Assembly (NCBI GenBank): GCA_964649545.1
Contig: CAZYPY010000007.1
Span: 4,698-68,697, forward strand
Source of the DNA: an uncultured Microthrixaceae bacterium
GTDB lineage: Bacteria > Actinomycetota > Acidimicrobiia > Acidimicrobiales > DATDAH01
Direction of reading: 5' to 3'
DNA: 64,000 bases
Part shown: positions 1 to 7,347 of the stretch, piece by piece
How positions within the stretch are numbered: the first letter of the stretch is position 1
How the letters are laid out: each line of letters opens with the position of its first letter
Translations under genes and position numbers: made by a program
The notes under the pieces: model-generated
What the model was told of the DNA's origin: nothing
Databases searched by the model: none
Seen by the model: the letters and a program-made list of their open reading frames with translations, nothing else

Positions 1-52
1 GACCGGTCGACGGCCAGACCTCCACGGGTTCGCCCGACGAGCCGACCTGGCA

Positions 53-541
53 TCACGTGACGCCGCCGCCCGTCGCCGCTGCGAGCGGTCCGGGGCCCGG
101 CGCCCACGCGATCCCGTGGACGCCGCCCTCGATCGGCCCGACCGAGCCGAGGACGTCACCGTCGTCGGTCAGGGTGAGGAGCGACCACGCCGTGCCGACC
201 GCGAGGAGGTCGCCGGTCGGGGACCAGGTCAACGCGGTGATCGGCGCCTCGACGGCGACGGTGCGATGGGCGTCGCCGGTCACGATGGCGACGTCGCCCG
301 TATCCGTGCCCACCGCCAGGCGGGTTCCCGTGGGCGACCACGCCAGTGCCGAGACGGCGCCGCGACACCTCGTCGGCGGGGTGGTCGGCCGGAGGGCCTC
401 GCCGTCGACGAGGGCCACCTCCCCGTTGACGGCGCCGACCGCGATCAGCGCCCCGTCCGGGCGCCACTGGAGGTGCTCGACGGCGTCGCTCAGAACCTGC
501 GCTCTAGACACGGCAGGCGAGCAACGATGCGGCCAGGTCAT
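53..541 (-). CDS. WD40/beta-propeller repeat protein; stops at an in-frame TGA (53-55) but the frame stays open to the window edge
   Basis: Repeats such as VEHLQWRPDGALIAVG, VSALAWSPTGTRLAVG, ITALTWSPTGDLLAVG and VHGIAWAPG are WD40-type. Start is ATG 541 or GTG 511. It follows the COG0523-like gene on the same strand. Confidence 0.7.
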   Translation of the reverse strand: MTWPHRCSPAVSRAQVLSDAVEHLQWRPDGALIAVGAVNGEVALVDGEALRPTTPPTRCRGAVSALAWSPTGTRLAVGTDTGDVAIVTGDAHRTVAVEAPITALTWSPTGDLLAVGTAWSLLTLTDDGDVLGSVGPIEGGVHGIAWAPGPGPLAAATGGGVT

Positions 542-1499
542 CCAGTCCGAGGTCTCGACCGGCGATGCGCAACCTCGAGTGGCGGGGCGCTCCGTGCGCC
601 CACGGCGGACCCGGCTCGTGGCGGACGGCCGTTCGACAGCCACTCAGGTGGAGGGGACCGTCGCGGTCGGCGAGCGCGAGGACGGCCTCGATGCGCAGCA
701 GACGCGCTCCGGCTGCTCCGTGCAGTGCGTGGAGCCACTCCTCGAGTCGGTCGGGGTCGAGCAGACCGTCGACCGCGAAGGTCATCGAGCCCGTCCCGCT
801 CCGACCACCGGCCGGATGGGCGCCCGGCGCGCCGTACGGCGTGTGGAGCCGGGCGAGTCGTGAGGGGGTCGACGCGGGTGACCACGACGCGAGCTCGAGC
901 ACGTCGGCGAGCCGCGGACTCGTCGACGCGTCGACCCAGGCGAGCGGGTTGAGGCGTTGGATGGCATCGGCGACCCTCTGGATCCCGTGGGGCGTGAGGA
1001 GGGCACCTCGGGAGATCCACACAGCGTCGGCGAGCATGGCCGCGTCCGCGGGTCGATCGGACGGCCATGGCGACGCGGTGCTGGCGGCTGCCGTCGTCGC
1101 CGCGGGGCCGTCGATGGCCAGGAGCACCGCGTTGAGCCGGACGAGACGCGCCAAGTCGGGGTCGTCGAGCAGGGTGACGACGGGTGTCGCCGGATCGGTG
1201 CCGGGGAGCTCGAGCACGACGATGTGGGCGGGCGGGCGCCGACGTCGGGCGATCCGACCGAGGGTGTCCACCAGGTCGATGCGTTGCGCACAGCAGGCGC
1301 AGCCCTGCGTGCGGAAGCCGATCGACTCGTGGGTCGTCACCGTCTCCAGACCGGCGAACGTGGTCTGCGGCGCCCCTCCGGGCACGACGACCACGACCTC
1401 GCCGCCGGCGCTGGCCGCGAGGTGGCGGGCGAGCTCGTCGGCCCCGCTGTCGGTCCAGCCGTGGACGAAGGTGACGGCCGGTCGTCGCGGCTCGGTCAC
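504..1499 (-). CDS. COG0523/CobW-family protein with degenerate P-loop (putative GTPase-dead zinc metallochaperone paralogue)
   Basis: GCACC (CxCC) motif, ELPG at the ExxG position and a CobW_C-like C-terminus (LDPDRLEEWLHAL...LLRIEAVL). The Walker A position reads GWTDSGADEL instead of GxxGxGKT. The GTG start overlaps the rpmE2 stop (GTGA). Confidence 0.75.
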   Translation of the reverse strand: MTEPRRPAVTFVHGWTDSGADELARHLAASAGGEVVVVVPGGAPQTTFAGLETVTTHESIGFRTQGCACCAQRIDLVDTLGRIARRRRPPAHIVVLELPGTDPATPVVTLLDDPDLARLVRLNAVLLAIDGPAATTAAASTASPWPSDRPADAAMLADAVWISRGALLTPHGIQRVADAIQRLNPLAWVDASTSPRLADVLELASWSPASTPSRLARLHTPYGAPGAHPAGGRSGTGSMTFAVDGLLDPDRLEEWLHALHGAAGARLLRIEAVLALADRDGPLHLSGCRTAVRHEPGPPWAHGAPRHSRLRIAGRDLGLDDLAASLLACRV

Positions 1500-1744
1500 G
1501 TGCGCCGTTTGCCGTAGCGACGCTCGAAGCGGTCGACTCGACCCGCGGTGTCCACGATCTTCATCTTCCCGGTGAAGAACGGGTGGCTGGCGGCGCTGAT
1601 GTCGACGGTCACGAGCGGATACTCGACGCCGTCGATCTCGCAGGTCCGGTCGGTGGTGACCGTGGATCGCGTCAGGTAGTCGACCCCCGCGCTCGTGTCG
1701 CGGAACACCACCGGACGGTACGCAGGGTGGATCCCCTCTTTCAC
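1496..1744 (-). CDS. rpmE2: 50S ribosomal protein L31 type B (zinc-independent paralogue)
   Basis: [16 protein letters not shown]...[31 protein letters not shown]; no CxC/CxxC zinc ribbon. Confidence 0.95.
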   Translation of the reverse strand: MKEGIHPAYRPVVFRDTSAGVDYLTRSTVTTDRTCEIDGVEYPLVTVDISAASHPFFTGKMKIVDTAGRVDRFERRYGKRRT

Positions 1745-1905
1745 CGCTCCTCCTTGAACGCGACGTGGCGGCGGACCTTGGGGTCGTACTTGCGCAGCTC
1801 CAGACGCTCGCGCTGGTTCTGCTTGTTCTTGGTGGTGACGTAGGTGAACCCCGTGCCGGCGGTGGAGCGGAGCTTCACCAGCACGCGCTTGTCGCTCTTG
1901 GCCAT
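1741..1905 (-). CDS. rpmG: 50S ribosomal protein L33, zinc-free type (54 aa; absent from the ORF track)
   Basis: Hand translation: [54 protein letters not shown], with no Cys. Its ATG overlaps the L28 stop (TGATG) and its stop overlaps the L31 start (GTGA). Confidence 0.95.
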   Translation of the reverse strand: MAKSDKRVLVKLRSTAGTGFTYVTTKNKQNQRERLELRKYDPKVRRHVAFKEER

Positions 1906-2141
1906 CAGACCTTGATCCCTCGTGCTCGGATGGCCGCGACCACCGATTCGATGCCGTTGCGGTTCACGGTCTTGATGGCACGCGTCGACAGGGTCAACCG
2001 CACCCAGCGCCGTTCGGAGGGCAGCCAGAAGCGCTGGGTCTGGATGTTGGGGTTGAACCGGCGGCGGGTGGTTCGGTGCGAGTGCGACACGTGGTTGCCG
2101 AACCCGGGTTTCGCTCCCGTCAGCATGCAGATCCGTGACAC
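1905..2141 (-). CDS. rpmB: 50S ribosomal protein L28, zinc-free type
   Basis: [62 protein letters not shown] at 2141 with GAAGGAGGG RBS upstream; only one Cys. Confidence 0.95.
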   Translation of the reverse strand: MSRICMLTGAKPGFGNHVSHSHRTTRRRFNPNIQTQRFWLPSERRWVRLTLSTRAIKTVNRNGIESVVAAIRARGIKV

Positions 2142-2156
2142 CGAGCCCTCCTTCGT

Positions 2157-2175
2157 GGAATGAGAATCATTCCTG
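2157..2175. promoter_or_regulatory. Putative Zur box between divergent rpmB and cobW
   Basis: Perfect inverted repeat GGAATGA-GAA-TCATTCC (2157-2173). The core TGAGAATCATT resembles the actinobacterial Zur consensus TGAAAATnATTTTCA, and both flanking units are typical Zur targets. Confidence 0.75.
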
Positions 2176-2226
2176 CTAGTGTGGCTGGTCTCGCCCGCAC
2201 CTGCAACTCGCCTCCGGAGGCCGACC

Positions 2227-3459
2227 GTGGATCCCTTGACCGACCAGCGACTGCCCGTCACCGTCCTGTCGGGGTTCCTCGGGGCCGGCAAGACCACGCT
2301 GCTGAACCAGGTGCTGGCGAACCGTGAAGGCCGGCGGGTGGCGGTGATCGTCAACGACATGAGTGAGGTCAACATCGACGCGTCCTTGGTGGCAGGCGGC
2401 TCGGCCGCCCTGCACCGCACGGACGAGCGCCTGGTGGAGATGACCAACGGGTGCATCTGCTGCACGTTGCGCGACGACCTCCTCGAGCAGGTCGCCGAGC
2501 TCGCCCGGGAGCAGCGGTTCGACTACCTGCTCATCGAGTCGACCGGCATCAGCGAGCCGATGCCGGTGGCCGCGACGTTCCTCTTCGAAGACGTCGACGG
2601 TGCCAGCCTGGCCTCGGTGGCCCGACTGGACACGATGGTGACGGTGGTGGACGCCTCCCGATTCCTGGACCATTTCGACGAACTCGTCGATCTGGCCGAG
2701 CTCGGGGTGGCCCGCGACGACGAGGACGATCGCAGCGTGGTCGAGCTCCTGGTCGACCAGGTGGAGTTCGCAGACGTGCTCGTGGTGTCCAAGCCCGATC
2801 TCGTCGACGAGGACGACCTCGCCCGGGTGGTCGGCCTCGTCCGCCACCTCAACCCGCGCGCCCGGGTCCAGATCGTCGAGCGAGGCGAGCTGCCCCTCTG
2901 CGAGCTGTTGGACACGGGGCGGTTCGATCCCGACGAGGCCTCACTCGCGCCCGGCTGGGTGCGTGAGCTCAACGGCGAGCACGTCCCCGAGACCGACGAG
3001 TACGGCATCGGGTCGTTCGTCTACCGGCAGCGCTGGCCGTTCCACCCGGAGCGGCTCGTGGAGGCGCTCGAGACCGACTGGCCCGGCGTCCTGCGCTCGA
3101 AGGGCTTCCTCTGGCTCGCGACGCGCCCCGATGTCCAAGCCCTCTGGAGCCAGGCCGGTCTGTCGGTGCAGCTCGAGCCGTTGGCTCCCTGGTTCGCGTC
3201 GCTGCCGGAGTCCGAATGGGATCTCGACCCTGACGAGCGGGCCGAGCTCGCCGAGCGCTGGGACCCGCTGGTGGGGGATCGCCAGACCGAGCTCGTCTTC
3301 ATCGGGATCGACATGGACGAGGCGGACCTGCGGGCCCGGCTCGACCCCTGTGTCCTCACCGCCGCCGAGGTCGAGGCCGGGATGGAAGCCTGGGCCACCT
3401 ACCCCGACCCCCTGCCGGCGTGGGACCTGCTCTGCGACCTCGACGACGACGAGGGGTGA
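2227..3459 (+). CDS. COG0523 G3E-family GTPase, zinc metallochaperone (YciC/ZigA-like)
   Basis: GFLGAGKTT Walker A, GCICC, ESTG, SKPD and CobW_C (PFHPERL...[11 protein letters not shown]). GTG 2227 follows a GGAGG RBS. Confidence 0.93.
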   Translation: MDPLTDQRLPVTVLSGFLGAGKTTLLNQVLANREGRRVAVIVNDMSEVNIDASLVAGGSAALHRTDERLVEMTNGCICCTLRDDLLEQVAELAREQRFDYLLIESTGISEPMPVAATFLFEDVDGASLASVARLDTMVTVVDASRFLDHFDELVDLAELGVARDDEDDRSVVELLVDQVEFADVLVVSKPDLVDEDDLARVVGLVRHLNPRARVQIVERGELPLCELLDTGRFDPDEASLAPGWVRELNGEHVPETDEYGIGSFVYRQRWPFHPERLVEALETDWPGVLRSKGFLWLATRPDVQALWSQAGLSVQLEPLAPWFASLPESEWDLDPDERAELAERWDPLVGDRQTELVFIGIDMDEADLRARLDPCVLTAAEVEAGMEAWATYPDPLPAWDLLCDLDDDEG

Positions 3460-3474
3460 GGTCAGGCGCTCCGA

Positions 3475-3765
3475 TCAGTGCTCGTCCCAGTGGCCGTCGT
3501 GGGCGGCGTGGCGGTGGCCGTCGTGGAGGTAGTCGACGTGATCGCCATGGGCCACGGACTCGTGGCCGCAGTCGGGGCCGTGGGTGTGGTCGTGGCCCGC
3601 GTGCTCGAGGTGGGGCAGGTCGCACTCGTCCCAGTGGCCGGCGTGCTCGTGGTGGGCGTGGCCCTCGTGGATGTAGTCCACGTGGCCCTCGTGGTCGACG
3701 GCGGCGTGGCCGCAGCCGGCACCGTGGGTGTGGGTGTGGTCGGCGTGGGTCGTGCAGGTGCTCAC
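3475..3765 (-). CDS. Small His-rich, internally duplicated putative metal-binding protein (96 aa)
   Basis: 27 His and 4 Cys. Two copies of HxHGxxCGHxxVxHxxHVDYxHxGHxHxxHxGHWDE. The start overlaps the stop of the upstream ArsR gene; an AGAGGA RBS is present. Confidence 0.85.
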   Translation of the reverse strand: MSTCTTHADHTHTHGAGCGHAAVDHEGHVDYIHEGHAHHEHAGHWDECDLPHLEHAGHDHTHGPDCGHESVAHGDHVDYLHDGHRHAAHDGHWDEH

Positions 3766-4073
3766 CGGTGGCTCCTCTCGTTGGCGTGGGCGATGGCGTC
3801 GAGCGCGATGTGGACGACGTGCTCGTCGGCGATCGAGTAGGCGATCTCTCGGCCCCGACGGCGTCCCGCCAGCACCCCGGCCGTGCGTAGGACCCGGAGG
3901 TGCTGCGACACGAGGGGCTGGGCGACACCGAGGGACTCGACGAGGTCGTGGACGCAGCGCTCACCGTCCTGGACCTCGAGCACGATGGCCAGCCGGAGGG
4001 GATGGGCGAACGCCTTCAGGAGCTCGCTGGCCGCCTCGAGACCGGTCACATCAACAGATGCTAATAGATGCAT
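3762..4073 (-). CDS. smtB: ArsR/SmtB-family repressor with alpha5 zinc site (SmtB/CzrA/Rv2358-like)
   Basis: wHTH (AFAHPLRLAIV...SQHLRVLR) and C-terminal DEH-x10-H-x2-E (DEHVVHIALDAIAHANE). Start is ATG 4073 or GTG 4049. Confidence 0.85.
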   Translation of the reverse strand: MHLLASVDVTGLEAASELLKAFAHPLRLAIVLEVQDGERCVHDLVESLGVAQPLVSQHLRVLRTAGVLAGRRRGREIAYSIADEHVVHIALDAIAHANERSHR

Positions 4074-4079
4074 GCATGG
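4050..4079. promoter_or_regulatory. Possible SmtB operator / AT-rich promoter
   Basis: An AT-rich patch in a GC-rich background containing ATGCATGCAT and ATGCATC-TATTA-GCAT, at the smtB start. Confidence 0.4.
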
Positions 4080-4274
4080 TCGACCAACCCGGCCGCGATG
4101 GTCGCCGTCGCCGCGCGTGCTCGTACTGGACGGGGGTGGCCTCGCCCACGAGCGGGGGCCGCACCCAGCGCCACCATGACGCCGACAGGCGCGAGTCGCC
4201 TGAGGCGGGCCCGATCCGCGGAGGGCGAACGGTCGCGGGATCGCCAGCTGGCGCCGCTCCCCCCGTGGGTCGGC

Positions 4275-5114
4275 TCAGGTCGGGGCCGGGACGCCGGCGT
4301 CCGACCAGAACGAGTCCAGCACGGCGGCGAGCGCCGTCGGTGCCTCGACCGGGGCCAAGTGGCGGGACCCCTCGATGACGACCACGCCGTCGCCGGCGCC
4401 GTCCAGGCGCCGAGCGTCCTCGGCGGTCCAGAGCGGGTCGTCGTCGCCCACGACGAGCAGCGTGGGGCACGTCGCGGCGGCGGCTGTCCATCGCAGGTCG
4501 GGACGCTCGAGCATCGCCGCGCGCAGCGATCGTTGCAGCGCCCGCCGGGCCGGCCGGCGCAGGGCCGTCGTCACCAGCGCCACGGCCTCGGGGTCGTGGT
4601 CACGGACGGAGGCCGTGAGCAGCGTGTCGACCACCTTGGCGGCGACCGACCGCGGGCCGAGGAGCGGGTACAGCGCGACCAGCGGCGCCACCTTCCGGCG
4701 TTGCTCCGCCGGCAGCGCCACCAGGGGCGCGGCGATGGCGGTGAGGGTGGTCACCCGCTCGGGGTCGCGTGCGGCCACCAGGTGGCCGACGTGACCGCCC
4801 CAGGCGTTGCCCACCCAGTCGACCGCCGGGATCCCGACGGCGTCGAGCACCTCGACGGCCGCGGCGGCGCAGTCGTCGAGGGAGAACCGGTGGCCCGGAC
4901 CGGGGCTGGCGCCGTGGCCGGGGCCGTCGACCACCAGCCACCGGCGCTCGCCGGGGAAGGCGGCGACGAGCCGGTCCCACGAGTGGCCGTCCACGAAGAG
5001 GCTGTGCCACAGGAGCGTGGGTGGTCCCGCGCCCACGGAGCGGACGTGCAGGGGGCCCACCCGGGTGGGCACGAGCTCCGCGACGGCGGCGGGGAGGGGA
5101 CGGGTCGCGGTCAC
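4275..5114 (-). CDS. Alpha/beta hydrolase fold protein with Ala at the nucleophile elbow
   Basis: LLWHSLF, VDGPGHGAS, VDWVGNAWGG, GDDDP and GSRHL. The GTG start overlaps the SRPBCC stop. Confidence 0.85.
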   Translation of the reverse strand: MTATRPLPAAVAELVPTRVGPLHVRSVGAGPPTLLWHSLFVDGHSWDRLVAAFPGERRWLVVDGPGHGASPGPGHRFSLDDCAAAAVEVLDAVGIPAVDWVGNAWGGHVGHLVAARDPERVTTLTAIAAPLVALPAEQRRKVAPLVALYPLLGPRSVAAKVVDTLLTASVRDHDPEAVALVTTALRRPARRALQRSLRAAMLERPDLRWTAAAATCPTLLVVGDDDPLWTAEDARRLDGAGDGVVVIEGSRHLAPVEAPTALAAVLDSFWSDAGVPAPT

Positions 5115-5566
5115 GCCGTCACCGCCTCGGGCAGCTGCTCGACGAGCGTGCGGAGGCGCTCGACGTCGCCGGTCAGGTTGCGCGCGAGCATGCGGCCCAG
5201 CAGCGGGGCGAGGATGCGGTTGACGCCCGTCGGCGTGACCTCGAGGTCGAGGCGGACGGCGCAGCGGTCGGGCGCCAGGGCCCGCACCTCCCGTGCGCCG
5301 TGGGCGACGGCACCCTCGGTGGTGCGCCACTCGAAGCGGGCGCCGGGCACGACCAGGGTGACCTCGCCGAGGTTGCGGTACGTGCGTCCGGCCACGACCA
5401 GCACCTCCACCGTGGTCGTCCCGGCACGGACGAGGCCGACGGGGGTCGCGGTCATCTCCTTGACCCCCGTCCGCCAGGACGGATCCTGGGCGTAGTCGGC
5501 GATGACGCGCCACACGTCCTCGGCGGGGGCGGAGATCTCGATCTCGTGCGAGAGGGTGATCGGCAT
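5111..5566 (-). CDS. SRPBCC/polyketide cyclase family protein
   Basis: IEISAPAEDVWRVIADYAQDPSW pattern; GGAGGA RBS before ATG 5566. Confidence 0.85.
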   Translation of the reverse strand: MPITLSHEIEISAPAEDVWRVIADYAQDPSWRTGVKEMTATPVGLVRAGTTTVEVLVVAGRTYRNLGEVTLVVPGARFEWRTTEGAVAHGAREVRALAPDRCAVRLDLEVTPTGVNRILAPLLGRMLARNLTGDVERLRTLVEQLPEAVTA

Positions 5567-5587
5567 GGTGGTTCCTCCTGGATAGGT

Positions 5588-5648
5588 AGTTCGGAACCGA
5601 ATAGTACGGTAGCGAAGATTCGCTGTCAAGATGCTCGACGTCGAAGTA
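5588..5648. promoter_or_regulatory. Three putative MarR operator sites in the divergent intergenic region
   Basis: TTCG-GAAC-CGAA (5590-5601), TACG-GTAG-CGAA (5605-5616) and CTCG-ACGT-CGAA (5634-5645) share a nnCG-N4-CGAA pattern. Confidence 0.5.
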
Positions 5649-5659
5649 CTGTGGCGGCC

Positions 5660-6154
5660 ATGCGGTCCGACGATCCCGTGGCCGGCCTGGTGGCGCAATG
5701 GGCGGCCGAGCGGCCCGACCTCGAACTGGCGCCGATGGCCACCTTCGGCCGACTCGGTCGGCTGCACGCCTACGCCAGCAGGGCCATCGACGAGGTCTTC
5801 GCCCGTCACGGGCTGAGCATCGGCGAGTTCGACGTGCTGGCCGCCCTCCGGCGGGCGGGGGCGCCGTTCACGATGACGCCCACCGCGCTGGCGCGCCTGC
5901 TCATGCTCTCGCCCGCAGGGATGACCAACCGCCTCGACCGGCTCGAGCGGGCCGGTCTCCTCGAGCGCCGCCCCGATCCGGACGACCGCCGCAGTTCGCT
6001 CGTCGTGCTGACCGACCGCGGCCGCGACGTCGTGGACGTCGCCGTCACCGAGCACGTCGCCAACGAGGCGCGCCTGCTCGAGCCCCTGTCGGAACGGGAC
6101 CGGGCCACGCTCGATCGGCTCCTGCAACGGCTCCTGGCCCAGTTCGAGAGCTGA
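5660..6154 (+). CDS. MarR-family regulator (TamR/PecS/UrtR-like)
   Basis: N-terminal QWAAERPDL, GEFDVLAALRRAG, SPAGMTNRLDRLE and DPDDRRS. Confidence 0.9.
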   Translation: MRSDDPVAGLVAQWAAERPDLELAPMATFGRLGRLHAYASRAIDEVFARHGLSIGEFDVLAALRRAGAPFTMTPTALARLLMLSPAGMTNRLDRLERAGLLERRPDPDDRRSSLVVLTDRGRDVVDVAVTEHVANEARLLEPLSERDRATLDRLLQRLLAQFES

Positions 6155-6266
6155 ACCGGGCTGGTCGTCGCCGGCGGGCGCCTCCTCACCACCGACGGCT
6201 CCCGGCGCCTTCCGGAGAGGCGAGCACGACGGCGACCGGCCCACAGAGGTCAGTCGAGACGGGCAT

Positions 6267-6302
6267 CCGTCGAGGGCGCCGCGGTGGCGACGCCCTCGAC
6301 GG
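6267..6302. terminator. GC-rich hairpin between convergent marR and methyltransferase genes
   Basis: 12-bp perfect stem CCGTCGAGGGCG / CGCCCTCGACGG with a 12-nt loop; no U-tract. Confidence 0.5.
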
Positions 6303-6314
6303 CCCGAGGTGCCG

Positions 6315-7241
6315 TCAGGCCACCGCCAGCGCCCCGGCCACGGCGGCGATGTGCTCCTCGTCGGTACCGCAGCAGCCGCCGACGGCGCGGAGGTCCAGGA
6401 CCTCACCGAGGCGCCCGTAGAGGTCGGCGAGCTCGGCGATGTCGCCCCGGTCGAGCTCGGTGGCCGCGTCGAGCTCGGCGTGGCTGAGGGTCGACGCGTT
6501 GGCCCGGATGCCCTGGATCCGTCGCAGCGACGGGTGGTCGCCGCCGATCTGCTCGATGAAGTGGGTGGGGTGGGCGCAGTTGACCATGAAGTAGGCGGGC
6601 GCGGCGTCCGTGGTCTCGTCCACCTGCTCGATGGCCTCGCCGAGCGGCTGGCCCGAGGGCAGCCGTCCGTCGGTCTCCACCGTGAAGGCCACGACCACCG
6701 GCAGGGCGACCGCCGAAGCGGCCCGGGCCACCCCGATCGCCTCCTCCACGTAGTTCATGGTGATCGCGCTGATCAGGTCCGCGCCGGCATCCTGGAAGGC
6801 CCGGGCCTGCAGGCCGTGGTAGGCCGCGGCCTCGGCGGCGCTCATGGCCTCGCCCACGACGTAGCCGTCGCCCCTCGGGCCGATCACCCCGTTGACCACG
6901 GTCGGCACCGTGGGGTGCTCGGTCGCGAGGCCGGCCACGAACTCGACGGCGTCCCGGTTCACGGCGGCGAGGGAGATCGGGTCGTACCCGACCCGCGCCC
7001 CCCAGTCCAGGCTGGCCCGCCAGGTCGGCGTGTCGAACACCAGGCCGGTGCCGGTGCGCTCGGCGAGCTCGAGGTAGGGGGCGTAGTAGCGCCGCAGGGC
7101 CCGGCGGCCCTCGTCGGTGCCGAGCAGGGGGAAGGCCGCGAAGTGGGGCAGGTCGATGCCGTGGTTGAACATGAGGGCGGTCTCGATCCCGCCGTCCATC
7201 AGGAACGGTCGGTCCGAGGTGAGCTGGGGGAGCGGGTGCAT
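6315..7241 (-). CDS. Homocysteine S-methyltransferase family protein
   Basis: LMDGGIETAL, MVNCAHP and C-terminal GGCCGT zinc-binding Cys motifs. Confidence 0.9.
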   Translation of the reverse strand: MHPLPQLTSDRPFLMDGGIETALMFNHGIDLPHFAAFPLLGTDEGRRALRRYYAPYLELAERTGTGLVFDTPTWRASLDWGARVGYDPISLAAVNRDAVEFVAGLATEHPTVPTVVNGVIGPRGDGYVVGEAMSAAEAAAYHGLQARAFQDAGADLISAITMNYVEEAIGVARAASAVALPVVVAFTVETDGRLPSGQPLGEAIEQVDETTDAAPAYFMVNCAHPTHFIEQIGGDHPSLRRIQGIRANASTLSHAELDAATELDRGDIAELADLYGRLGEVLDLRAVGGCCGTDEEHIAAVAGALAVA

Positions 7242-7282
7242 GGTCGGTCCTTTCGGGGACGTTGGGTTGACACCCGAGCAGG

Positions 7283-7309
7283 CGTGAGATCGCGTCTCAC
7301 GACGTGAGC
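7283..7309. promoter_or_regulatory. Inverted/direct repeat, candidate operator of the adjacent STAND regulator
   Basis: CGTGAGA-TCGCG-TCTCACG (7283-7301) plus a third half-site CGTGAG (7303-7308). Confidence 0.5.
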
Positions 7310-7347
7310 CCCGGCGGCGGCGCCGGGCCCGCCGTTAGGGTCGTCGG

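Noticed and set aside
1-55. Selenocysteine recoding of the WD40 TGA as the main explanation
   Set aside because: An AGGTCTG stretch recalls the fdhF SECIS loop but is not closed by a stem and lies too far from the TGA; Trp-to-stop is more parsimonious. Kept only as an alternative.
3462-3722. Thr-rich 86-aa ORF
   Set aside because: Alternative frame of the His-rich gene (CAC codons read out of frame).
4068-6406. Long ORFs 4068-5495, 4769-6154 and 5111-6406 taken at full length
   Set aside because: Only their distal parts are real (MarR from 5660, SRPBCC from 5566); the upstream extensions overlap other genes, and 4068-5495 is an antisense shadow.
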